From Carcharhinus longimanus (Eukaryota), in contig JASCQW010000032.1 of the NCBI GenBank assembly GCA_030264375.1, forward strand, positions 71,049,587 through 71,113,586: a DNA stretch of 64,000 nucleotides, in the 5' to 3' direction. Below the pieces are notes generated by a model, which saw only the letters and a list, made by a program, of their open reading frames with translations, had not been told where the DNA came from and ran no database searches. The position numbers and the translations under genes were made by a program. This document shows, piece after piece, positions 35,701 to 47,852 of this stretch (positions are counted from its first letter, which is position 1; each line of letters starts with the position of its first letter).

Positions 35701-36866
35701 AATGATTAATCACTCGCTACCGCACTCACAAATATCAGCACAGGCTAAACAAGCAATGAAGTCATGTCTCAGTGTAGGGGCAGCAGCAGAACATACATCA
35801 CCCTCAAAGGGCAACAGTACTTTCCCAACCTGCAAGACCTGGACGACAGTAAATATTATTCTCTTCATAAATACCAATTTCAGTCCTGACAAGAATCTCT
35901 CCTCTGAGCAATAAGCTGAAACCCCAGCACCAGTGACTGGCTCAGAGACCTCACTAAGACTGTGGGAAAGATGTAACAATAGTGCTTCGGTGCACATTAG
36001 CATTTTATTGCGCTGATAAGCTCAGCACCCCTACCCAGGCAAGTACAAATGATACTGAAATTATTCTCTTTTTTTCAACAAAGCAGATTGGCAGTGAATA
36101 CACTCCTGGTATAAGTAACCTGAAGGCTATTTATTTAGTAACTTCTGCAAACCTCAAGGATTTTAATTAAAGCAGTTTTGCAAAAACTGGGAAGTTGTCT
36201 GCCTAGAAACCTTGAAAAGCAAAACTAGTTTCCCTTAATTGACAGGAATATGCACACTTCAGCTAAAATAACTGCACATAAGTATTGGATCCTTTTTCCC
36301 ATTTCCAAATCAACTGAGATTTTAATCCTCCTTTTTATTTCGCTCTGGTAAAAGCAAAACCAAGCTAGCCTTCCGCAGTCGCTACTGTGACTTTGTTAAA
36401 AGTATTGTCTGTCTCTGATCTAAAGTGGGCCATTTCTTACATGTGGCTCCTCCAGATTTACCCAAGGGCCACCACAGAGGCTTTAGTCATCAGGCTGCAA
36501 GTTGGCACCAGCACAGGGTATTACTTCAACCTACAAAGAAGTGGGTGCCTGAAGAATTCTTCAGAGTTATTTTGTAAACACTCAAAGAGAGAGAGGGAGA
36601 GGGGGAGAGGTCCAGTCGCTGGCTGAGAATAAACAATGGCCCCGTATTAGTCTCTGGACAATGAGAAATGCCTGCCAAGTGAANNNNNNNNNNNNNNNNN
36701 NNNNNNNNNNNNNNNNNNNNNNNNNNNNNNNNNNNNNNNNNNNNNNNNNNNNNNNNNNNNNNNNNNNNNNNNNNNNNNNNNNNNNNNNNNNNNNNNNNNN
36801 NNNNNNNNNNNNNNNNNNNNNNNNNNNNNNNNNNNNNNNNNTTAGCAAAATGTTTTTGAAAACTAA

Positions 36867-37002
36867 GGCTGGAATTCTCCAACCTCGCCCGCGGCTAGGA
36901 TTCTCCACTCCCGCTGCAGTGAAAGGAGTTTTGGCTGGGTGCCAAATTCTCCATTCTCGCTGGCAACGGTGATAGGGCATACAACATTGGATAATTCCGG
37001 CC
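36867..37002. mobile_element. PIF/Harbinger-type MITE (136 bp)
   Basis: TIRs ggctggaattctcca / tggataattccggcc (13/15 match) flanked by TAA on both sides (36864-36866 and 37003-37005), the canonical Harbinger TWA target duplication. Confidence 0.85.
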
Positions 37003-40000
37003 TAAATTCCCGCTGGCATAAAAGTATGCATTTGCTAATGTGCAAGACGATACGAATGTCCAACAAAAAACGGATTTCTGAACGGAACATTTGATTGAAG
37101 GGCAGGGTAGTGAGTTCAACAATACAAATACTTCTTTAAATTTTTACCTGTCACATTGTTTATGGTGACAAATATTAATGCTGATGTTCTGATGATGCTG
37201 ATCACAGCATTACAACAGAAGATGGCATTCCAAGAAAATTAAAATCAATGCGCAAACGGGACTACAGGCTCTAATGGGACAAAGTTACTAAATCCATATC
37301 AACCTTGCCTGAAAGGAAATAAATTTTAAAAACTCCAAGGTTAAAACAAAAGTGCTACGTGGATAGAATTGTGGGTTCTGGTAAAAGAATTAAAAAAAAT
37401 TAAGTTCACATCATGCTGAAATATAAATAAATAATGCCATAAGTCTGATTTTGGCCCAATGTGCACCAATGGCCCAACAAAAATATATTAACAGACCCAT
37501 CATTTTATTATCTAATTTTAAAACACAACAGTGATGCCCTCGTCCATGCAGAAATATGTTTGCCTAAACTGCTCCTTCCGCCCATCTCACTGACGTACGG
37601 TTTATATGAAATAAAACAAAGTAAATATATTTTTGAAGGTTACGTGTGCTTTTGTCCTGTATTTGTTTTTCTCTTTCCAAACCGTACAGTCTGATAAGAT
37701 AAAGTGTTTCAATGGGAACAGACTTACTGTGCACTTTAAGGCTGTGGTGTTCCTGCAACATTTTTCTCAACTACAGAAATTTGAGCTCAGCCAGCCAGAC
37801 ACCTACATGAACTAAACGACTTTAGCGAGATTGTCCAAATAAACAATTATCTGGCTGCTTTCTACAGAAGGCTGGCTTGATAATAAAAATCCAGTGCCAC
37901 CTCAGAATGACTTTATTCTATGCAGATTTTTAAAAAGTGCTTCGTAGCTACCTGTTTGAAGAGGAAATTTTTGGGGATAGATGATGGAAATTGAGAGCTA
38001 TAAGGGTGATCTGCTTTCATAATATTGTTGTTTAATAAACGGTCTCCCATTTGTTTGCAAATGTGCAAATCATGTTTAATGCGATGTTGCCTCACCAGCA
38101 ATTGATATCATCAATATTGCGGAAATGACACACAACTCTTCTCCCTTTACAAACAAAAAGAGATAGGGCAAAACAGTTTTTTCCTCTTTATTTCATAGAG
38201 TGCTCACATAGCCTTGTATGGACATTGTTCACCCACTTGCTGCTTTGGTGAAAATGTCCAGAATATCAGGTCTCGAACCTTCCTTATCTCAGTACTACAT
38301 AGAATTACATGAAATGTACAGTATAGAAACAGGCTGTACAGCCTGACTCAGTGTATATGCTCCATGTGAGCCTCCTCCCACCCACCTTCATCCAACTAGA
38401 TCTGCATATCCTTCTATTACTTTCTCCCAACTATTGGTAAATTTGGGAGAAAGCATAATGAACTCAAAAGGTCAACTGAAGAAACTCTTTTCCCACTTCT
38501 CCATCAACATGTAGGACAAAAACAGATGAATAGCTACTTCACATTAGCATATTACTCCCCTCACCTTCCCACCCCTTCCTATGTGCAAGTCACAATTATC
38601 AATAAAACATCCCATATGAACAGCTTCCCTCCTGTTTTCTCTAACTTGTTTGATCAGATATAAACCTGACAGCCAACACTGAGGTATGATGACAGTGAAG
38701 TAGTCTACTTTTGAGCCTGAAATTATGTTAAAATGCACAATAAATGCAAATTTTTGAGAATTGGACAGCAAATTACATTCCAGCATTTCAAAGGACTTGT
38801 TTGTGGGCAGAATACACTTAAGCTTGCATTCCTTTCTGCAAACTTATTCAAAGAGGGCTAAAATTCAGCCTAAACCACGTTGATTTGTTGTTCCCCTATC
38901 ATTTTCTGAATGAGTTTCCTTTAGCCAGGAAATTGGACTGTTAGTCCTGGTTGGCAGCAGTGTAGTCCGCCATCAGATAATGGAAAAACTGATCAAGCAA
39001 GATAAGTCACTCCTTTTTACACCCCCCCCCCACCCCCCTCATTTCATAAGATGAAACGCATCAAAATGACCTGTTGTTCCATCTAACAGCTCAGCACAGA
39101 GCTCCCAAAACTCACCAACGAAGGTAAGACAGCGTGAACCCCCACAACACAGGGCAGGTCTAGTTGACACCATTGCCATCTTGATTAAATGCTTATGCAT
39201 CTCTGCTATTGAGCTGCTGCAGCACCTATATAACAATAATGTACCTTGCCAAAATACTTTGCACAACTTAATAATCCTGTGCAACACTAGCTGCAATTCT
39301 GATGAAAAGGCAACCTTCAAAATGGCCCAGAGCTTTCGAATAATGATGGTGTCCAGATGACACCCCTGCCATGCCACAAGGTGAGTACAGTCAGCAACCA
39401 ATACAATGACGCTCACACTCAGCAAAGACGTCATTGTGCCAAACTGTTTCCTGACTTGTGATCAAGCAAATTAGATGGCATGGGGGCATCAAGTGTGAAG
39501 ATAACACATTAATTGCAGGCTTGTAAATAGAGCTGGCAGCTGATTCAATTGTCTTCAACTGAATGGAGCTTAAATAAATTTAACAGGGGTCAAATGCTGA
39601 GGGAAAAAAAAGTAAAAACTGAATGTTGCAAAGGGCTGATCTTCTTCAAAGTGTTAAACCTCTTGGCTTTACAGATCCATCATCTTTGTATGTCAGCCCA
39701 TGAAGCAAATCTTCCACCCGAAAACCCAGCAACTTTAAATTGCGATTAAAGCATTTCCTAAATATATTCTCTCTCTAAATACTGAAAGAATAGATTGAAG
39801 TTTTTACATCAAAGGCTATCATACTATTTTTTTCGAAGTATTCCTATTCTCCAGTGTGGCTCTCAGTTGCCTTCACTTGCACTCAGCACCATGCTTTATG
39901 CTCCCAAAGGGACAGTACCTGAACCATTGGATCATCTACATTTCAAGACCTCAAGTCAATCCTGGGTTTAACGTTGATTAATGTGCATGCAAATTGCACT

Positions 40001-40519
40001 AGGCAGCATAGGAACGAAAGATCTTTTTTTATTGTGTCAGTGGTAAAATCGCTTAAAGCTGACCAGCAAAACTCTCCAAAAAGCCCTTTCAATAAATTAT
40101 CAATCAAACCAGAATACTAATAATGATTTATAGTCCAGTCAGCTCTTCAGAGCTCTTTTGTTTCCACTAAGGCATAAACATTACATCCAAGAGCAACAGT
40201 AATGAAAGTCACTCAGCCAGACTCGCCTTCAGCCTTTTCCTCAGTGAATCTCAACTTTCACTGAAACTTCCTTTACAAAATTGCTTATACAGGCGGCAAC
40301 TAAAATCAAATCATACCTTTAGCTGAAGAAATGACAGCTGGGTCCGTAAGGAAATGGCTTACTGCAAATAAGCCCTCATGATCCCATGCAGCTAGAGGCC
40401 CCAAACAAACACCTTCCATCAGCAGCAAAACAATTTTTTTTAATTCCAAAGTTCACTTCTGGTTGGGGCAGCCTATATGCTCAAATGCCTTGTAATCCTC
40501 TCAGCTAAGAATCATATTT

Positions 40520-41100
40520 AGTTCTGGTGCTGGGAATTAACAAGAGCCTTCTCTGTCTGGCACTGTTAACAGGCAATGTGTTGCTTTCTAGCCCATCAGT
40601 TTCAGGGGATGGACATGGACATCCACCTGATTGGATGGAGGCAATTTGTCGTGCTTTTAAAAAAGAGAGAGAGATTTGGGAGTATGTTAATCACCTGAAT
40701 GGCTCAAAGGGGAGGTGTGCGCATTTGCAAATTGGAAATGAGGTCATTGTCTGCTAGGTTTCCAAGGGGCGTTGGGTGCTGTTAAAGTGACAAAGATGCA
40801 GCTGACTGTATCGGGCTCACCTAACAACCCAGCAAACTGGGCAAGAAGTGACAGAAGTGAAAGGCACAGAAAGCAGACGCTCGATACATTACGGGGTCTG
40901 CTTTGTGGCAGGGAAAACAAGCACAAAGCAGGAAATTCAGTGATGTGTAAATGGAACAATGAGAAGGGAAAAAATTCAATAATTTCTGTCAGGAGGCATT
41001 GACTGAAGCTGGACTTTAATTGAATTAAAGTCCCATTATTTGTTCAATCCTGAGCAACAGGCTAGCAAAGCAAGGTTTGCTCCACTGTTCTGAGGTACCA
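40520..41100. promoter_or_regulatory. Candidate conserved non-coding enhancer in intron 2
   Basis: Dense motifs: CACCTG x2, ATTTGCAAAT, AGGTCA, CATTGT, CAGCTG, TGACAG, AACAATG. Confidence 0.4.
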
Positions 41101-41202
41101 ACCTTCCTCACCCCGTAATACTCAGCCATCTGTGCACACATCCACACATGTTCTATCTCACGGCAATTGCACTGGGCCCCTATCAAGGAAGGACGCCAAA
41201 AA

Positions 41203-41256
41203 ACACACACACATACACACGCACACACACACACACACACACAGACACACACACAC
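41203..41256. repeat. (CA)n microsatellite
   Basis: Imperfect CA run of about 27 units. Confidence 0.95.
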
Positions 41257-42946
41257 AAAAGCTCTCCAGGCCTCCCTCAGGTCCAAAGAGCAGGGGAAAA
41301 AAAACTGGTTGCTTGTCACACAGGTGAGCCAGCAACCACATCCTATCAGCCTTNNNNNNNNNNNNNNNNNNNNNNNNNNNNNNNNNNNNNNNNNNNNNNN
41401 NNNNNNNNNNNNNNNNNNNNNNNNNNNNNNNNNNNNNNNNNNNNNNNNNNNNNNNNNNNNNNNNNNNNNNNNNNNNNNNNNNNNNNNNNNNNNGCAGTCT
41501 GCCTTCCCCTACGTGATTTCGGCTGTCAGTTATTGGGCATAATTACTGTAACTAACCAAATACACACAAAACGTTGAGAATATAAAATTGTTACAGTTTC
41601 GCCTGTGTGCAAGCTGGTACTTTGCTGTCACAAAGGGGCCAATTTCTTTTTAGAAAATAAAGGTCTCTTTTTAGCTTCCTAGGGCTTTTAAAAAGGCAGT
41701 GACTAAATTAAGTATCTTATCTGCTCCTATGCATAATTTAATCAGTATTTTTGTTGAACTCCTCCTCTTGATACTCTGGTGCAAACAGTGCGAAAGCTGG
41801 CAGATTTTGAACAGGTATAGGAAAAGAAGAGAATCTGAAAGAGGTGAGCACGTGGCGGGACATATTCACAACTCCAACGCAAAATTTTGCGATTAAAAAA
41901 TTAGTTGGGTAGTTTGTTCAAATTGCTGCTGAAGATTCTCACTATGGATTTACTTGCAAAGCAAATGAAGTCACATGAAAGTGTTTACTGTGCCACACAA
42001 ATGTATTTATTCCATAAATGCCAGCAACACCTCACTGGTCAGCTAGTTATAACTAACTCGTTATAATTAACCAGGCCAATATCACCACCTCCTGTTGTAG
42101 AAAACTCCCCTCCCCCAGAAGAACCAATGCTGTGACACTATGATTGAACGGATGGTGTGTTCCCATGTCTCATGTCAATGTGATTTCAATATTGGCCTCC
42201 TACATCCATTTACAAAACAACAGGACAAAGTTTTCCATCTTACTCTTTGATGGTGACAGTAGTCTTTTAACATATGCCGTTAATTCAGACTTTTTAAACT
42301 GGAACATATCTATCCAGTGTTGAGATGTTTCCATTGTTTAGAAGTGAACATGTTGGTAAAAGCTGTTTTTAGCATACCTTTATTAATTTCATCCGTTTAA
42401 AATAAGTTGCATTTTTGGGAGACTCAAAGAAATTTGGTAGCAATCAGGTGCTTTTCAGTGTAGAATTGGGCTTCCTGTTGAATTAAACCCTAAGGAGGAT
42501 GGAAATCCCAGCCCCGAGTGCTGCTGGCCATTTAGAGACGACTTAAGGGCCTCAATAAACTTCCCGGCTCGTAGGCCGGTCTCCACCCTTCCTGCCCTGA
42601 GCTTGATCAGAAGGAGTCAGGAAGGCAGTGTTTCACCACCTCGCACCATCCTGCCCAATAAAATGTGCCCCCCCCCGCCCAGCCTCTAAACACCTCACTG
42701 GCGGGGGTGGGGGGTACGTAAAAATTCTGGCCTGTCTTTTCATCCTCTAACAGAACACATAGAGGACCGTGCTACCAGGTCAAGATGGCTTTTTAAAATA
42801 GCATACTGGAAGTTCCATTTCCACAACTAGTTTTTGGTGCGATCATTTTCTCTCTCTTCTGCTGTCTCAGTGGGTGAAGATGCCACGTGATATGGTACTA
42901 GACCATACAAGGGGTGGGATGTGATGGGCTGGTGTGTGCTGAGTAA

Positions 42947-43215
42947 TAAGTCTCACAACACCAGGTTAATGTCCAACAGGTTTATTTGGTAGCACAAGCT
43001 TTCAGAGTGTCACTTCTAAGCGCTGGGTTGACCAGTTCAGTCAAGGTGGACATGAGAGGGCCACAATAAATGGCAATGTTCCTCATATTATGCCAGTATC
43101 TACAACCAATCGCAGCCGACTGGAACATAGGGACCAAAAACAGAAAATGCTGGAAAACCTCAGCAGGTCTGATGGCATCTGTGGAGATAGAATGTGACAA
43201 CATCCTTTGATCCAA
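42947..43215 (-). mobile_element. Two adjacent Penelope-type terminal fragments (42947-43015 and 43135-43215)
   Basis: The first matches 26865-26983; the second (aaaaacagaaaatgctggaaaacctcagcaggtctgatggcatctgtggaga) matches 16245, 25560 and 47750. Confidence 0.7.
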
Positions 43216-43259
43216 AATGATTACTTGAGTAAGGCATGAGAGGGTAGTTGAGGAACTTC

Positions 43260-43670
43260 AACATCAACAAAACCTTATGCAAATATAGTGCCTTACAAAG
43301 TAATAAAATGTGAGGAGGAACTTCAATAAAGTATTATAAAATAAACTGCGACACTGAGCCACTTAATGAGATATCAGATGGCTTACAAACTTGGTCAATG
43401 AGGTAGGTTTTAAGGACTGCCTAAAAAGAGAAATGCAAGGTAGAAAGGCAGACAAGTATATAGAACATATTTAAGAGCTTACAGCCAAGTTAACTGAAGG
43501 CACGTCCACCACTTGGGGAGTGGCCAATAATGAGAATGATCGAGAGGCCATAAATTGAAGAGGGCAGATACCTCAGAGGATTCTGGGGCTGGAGGAGATT
43601 AAGATATGGGGAGGAGCGATGACATGGAATGGCATTTAAAGGTAGGGATGAGAATTTTAAAATTGAAAAT
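43260..43670 (-). mobile_element. Decayed L2-like LINE 3' fragment
   Basis: atatagtgcctt...gacactgagcca...ttggtcaatgaggtaggttttaagga...ctgaaggcacgtccacc...ggatgagaattttaaaattga. Confidence 0.65.
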
Positions 43671-44382
43671 GTAAAAATGGTGACAGATGTAGGAGAAAGT
43701 TAATGTCACTTAAGGAATACTACCCCCCACCCCCAGCACTCCCCCGACCCACACTAGGGTCTGCCAGACAGATCCAACCAAAATCCCTGACTTACTTTAA
43801 GTCCAGGATACATGCCACTTCTTTGGGATTGGCATGTAGTCCAGCAGTGATCACTATTCGATTCTGGCATTGCTGGGACTACAGAGTTGCCAGCTAATCT
43901 CACTGACCAGCAGCTCTCTAGGGCAGGATTACCTCCCAGGTGAGTGGAGAAGATCCACTCCAACTCAATTAAGGCTGCACCAGGCAAATATCGCCACAGG
44001 GCCGGTAGGATTCTGGGTAGCACCATGCTGACCACTATTTTAGCCAGGGGGAATAAGGTAATCCATCCCCCAGTAATATCCATCTGATTGTTTTAATAAG
44101 TTGAACATATGAAAGTGATTCTATTTGTGTCACTATGAATTCACAGCACCATTCTGTATACTTGGAAGCTTACCCTTGAATATGTAGCTGTGCAGAGTAC
44201 TGGAGACGTGTCTGCTCTGGGGAGGAATATCTTGCATGACAGACTCGCAAATAAGAAAATTTGACTAAAACTATTTTAAGACGGAACGCTCCGCTATTGT
44301 GAACATTTTTTCACTTAAGCAGGGGGTGAAGTCTGCTGACGTGAGCAACTCTTTTTTGTAATGTGGAACTTTACTTGTAAGT

Positions 44383-44800
44383 GTTTGATTGGCACCCCAT
44401 CCACCACATCAAAAATTGACTTCCTCCACCACCAACACAGTGACAAAAGTGTATACCACCTACAAGATGTACTGCAGTAACTCACCAAGGCTCCTCATAT
44501 TATGCACCCTCCAAATCAATGACCTCTACCAGTTAGAGACATGCAGGCAGCAGACACGCGGGAACACCAAAACCTGGATGTTCCCCTCCAAACCACACTC
44601 CATCCTGACTTGGAATTATATTGCCATTAATTCACTGTCATTGGATCAAGATCCTGGAACTCCTTTCCCAATAGCACTGTGAGAGCACCAGATGGGCTGC
44701 AGCAGTTCAAGAAAGCAGCTCACCACCACCTTCTCAAGGGGAAATTAGGGATGGGCAACAAACACTGGCCTTGCCAATTATGCTCACGTCCAGTTTTAAA
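44383..44800 (+). mobile_element. Second copy of the LINE 3' end seen at 20610-21170
   Basis: ttgattggcacc...tacaagatgtactgc...gggaacacca...ttcccctccaa...catcctgacttggaa...ctcaccaccaccttctcaaggg...gatgggcaa. Confidence 0.8.
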
Positions 44801-47749
44801 AGTTGCAGTCACACACTCTGCTAGCGTCGGGCTGCCCTTTCCTAATGCGGGGTAGCGATCTCTCCTGGTCTGGGGGCTGCTCTCGGTGCTAACTTAGGAT
44901 TTCTCTCATCTGCTGCGACGTCCCTCTGCCAATATGGAACTCTTTTCCTGCTGATTTGGGACCACACCCTCTGCAAATTTGAGGCTGCTCTCGAGGGACC
45001 ATGCTCCTTGGTGCTGCACGCCATTCTGTCTGCGATTTGGGACTTCTCTCTCTCGGCCTACATGGAATTAACTTTGGCAAAATGAAGAACCCAGGCCCAC
45101 CATCAAAAAGAAGCATCAACTGTGTTCGATGGGATATGATGAAATATATAGGGTGAGCTTTAGCCTCAGTTTCTACTGCCTATGATGCTGTCCACCAATC
45201 CCTCTGGTGAGTATTGTGCCAGTTTACAATAACAAAGTAGGCAGTAGCTTGGGCCAAAAAGAAGGATTTAGAGACACCGCCTGTCAATTCACTGACCCCA
45301 AGCTGAAAGAGACAAATTTCCAACCCGTGCTCTCTTCAAGCACAACTCGCTGCTGAGGAGTGTGGGATCAGTGAGCTTATCCTATGCAATCTATCCCACA
45401 ATAGACACTCTGCCACCTATTTAATCTCCTGAGGGGAAAGGTTCTATATGAATACTCAATAACTAAAGGCAATCAAGTGAATCACCAGAATGCCTGTGCA
45501 AGTGAGGCAAAATGGCATCCATGCTAATATTGAACAATACAATGCGCAATTTCTGGGATCCGTTAATCTGCTCAACCTGCAACCAAATCAAATATTAAAG
45601 ATCTAAACTCCATTATCTGTTGTCAGAATTGTTACAATACCTCTCCTTCTGATCCTTGATTTTATTTCCATTTCATTTCACTAATCCATGTGCTACGTCA
45701 CATGCCCAGTTAGTTGGTTGAATTTAATTCAAGCAAAGTACTTAATACCAATGAGTAGATTCACTGGAATGAGACCTTGTGCTGTTCGGAGAAGTCACTG
45801 CATAGTTTGGCTTTATATGTTGCTCGTCTGTTCTCTGCTTTTTTTTGCGTTTAAGCTAAAAGTATTTTCCCCCACTCGCGCATTTGGATAATACAAAAGG
45901 AAAGCTTATTTTCAAGTCTGTATCCGAGTTAATAGCTTTCACCTCAATTCCATTTGATTTCTCACACCGTCTGCAGGCCTTTCTCCCGACTGGTCGCAAT
46001 GAACTTTTCTTTCCCCCACCTTTACCAGATGGTTACACACCATTCCCATAACGTTTGACTAAAATACTAGAGGGAACATTTACTCTCTGAATCTTGTGCG
46101 GACACCTGTGGTAATCTGGCTGTTAAGAGATTTAACTGCTCAAAAATTGAAATGATTTTTTTTTTCTGTGGGCTGCCTGTGAAGCCTGGCCTCTTACACC
46201 ACTTGGATTCAAATCCCTTTCTTCTTCATTTCAGCAGTCCTGAGAGGGCCTACATGGCCCAATGCCACCAACAGCCTGCTAAATCCTATCTCTCAGGTAC
46301 TGGAATCTGCTGATGCAGACAGTAAGTTGGCACTCATCAGCTAAACACAGGGTGTGGCAAAAGTCAGACAGATAGTCACACTGCACTGCTATCAGCTTCC
46401 TTTTCTCTTGTAAAGGAGGCCTGACTTTTTTTCACAAGTGCAAAGCAGTCAACACGATTACTAGGTGTACCCCTTCCCCCTACGTCTTCGAAGGTATGAA
46501 CGTTTGACACATCACTAGTGCTTCCAACTTAACATCTTATTTCTGGCATGGGCGATTAAGTAAATATAGTGATCCTATCATTGTGTGTCTATCTTTCAAA
46601 TGGATGATTGGACGATCCGCTGGAGATAAAGATTGAGGAAAGGAAGTCCAGCTCATTCTTAAACCAGCCTTCTTATAACAGTACACTGATGAGAGGGAGA
46701 GAGAGAAAATGAGAGCCAAGAAGTGTGCTTAATATAGCAAGTAACTTGCTTGTGACAAGGCAGTAAAAATTNNNNNNNNNNNNNNNNNNNNNNNNNNNNN
46801 NNNNNNNNNNNNNNNNNNNNNNNNNNNNNNNNNNNNNNNNNNNNNNNNNNNNNNNNNNNNNNNNNNNNNNNTTCCATTAGAATAACACGAACAGACCTTT
46901 TTCGCTTGGTATCCCATATACTGAGCACAGCAAAAATAAGATATCTTAAATTTTTCAATTATTCATTTATAGCACCCCATAAATGCACTATCCTGCATAA
47001 CTTTAGCCCCATGCTTCAAATTCAATCCACTTGCTAAATATATATTTAGTAAAGACTAATTTATATGCTAACACATCAAGCATATGTTGAACACTGTTTC
47101 AACACAACACAGTTCCACACAGCTTGAGTTATAAGTAAAGAATGTTTCAAAGAGTAATTTAATAGCAGTTGCTTCCTTTTCCATGCAAACTAAATGAGAA
47201 CTGGAGGACTGGAAGTTTTGCTTTTGCTCGTCTTTAGTTTGCTAAAAAAATTTTGTAACACAATACCTAATTAAAATTGTGAACGCTCCTAGCATTTTGT
47301 TCCCACAGATTGCCTTTACCTTCCTGGTAATGTCAGAATATCAGACACAGAGCTGGAAAGCAATCTGAATTATTCAAGGTTGTTTTGCATTCCTGTTGGG
47401 AACTATTTAATGAAGCTTCTTGATTTGACCGTTTTGTGTTAATGTATCTACATTACTGATACTGAAAGGCTATGGCCACCATAACAATAACGTTGTCCAA
47501 CATTTACTTTAAACTACTACGTAACGCACTTCCGGAGATAATCACTCCCTTCAGAAGTAATAACAAGGTCAATTTCGATTTCAAATTGCTACTTCTCAAT
47601 TGTTGACAGCCAGCGAGGCAGGTAGGATGGGCTGCTTATCTCCATGACAGCGCTCCTACATGGTCCGACAGGATTGCTGCATGATATAAACGTGAAGGGC
47701 CAAAACGGTGGATTTTTAATAAAATAGTAAAATCCCAACATTTGGGGAA

Positions 47750-47852
47750 GCAAAAATAGAAAAGGCTGGAAAATCTCAGCAAGTATGACAGCGTCCGTGC
47801 AGAGAGAACAGAGCCAACGTTTCGAGTCAGGGAGACCTTTCGTCAGAGTTGG
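47750..47852 (-). mobile_element. Penelope-like terminal repeat with degenerate minimal hammerhead core
   Basis: Minus strand CAACU CUGACGA AAGGUC UCCCU GACUC GAAACGUU GGCUCUGUUCUCUCUGCACGGACGCUG. Confidence 0.7.
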
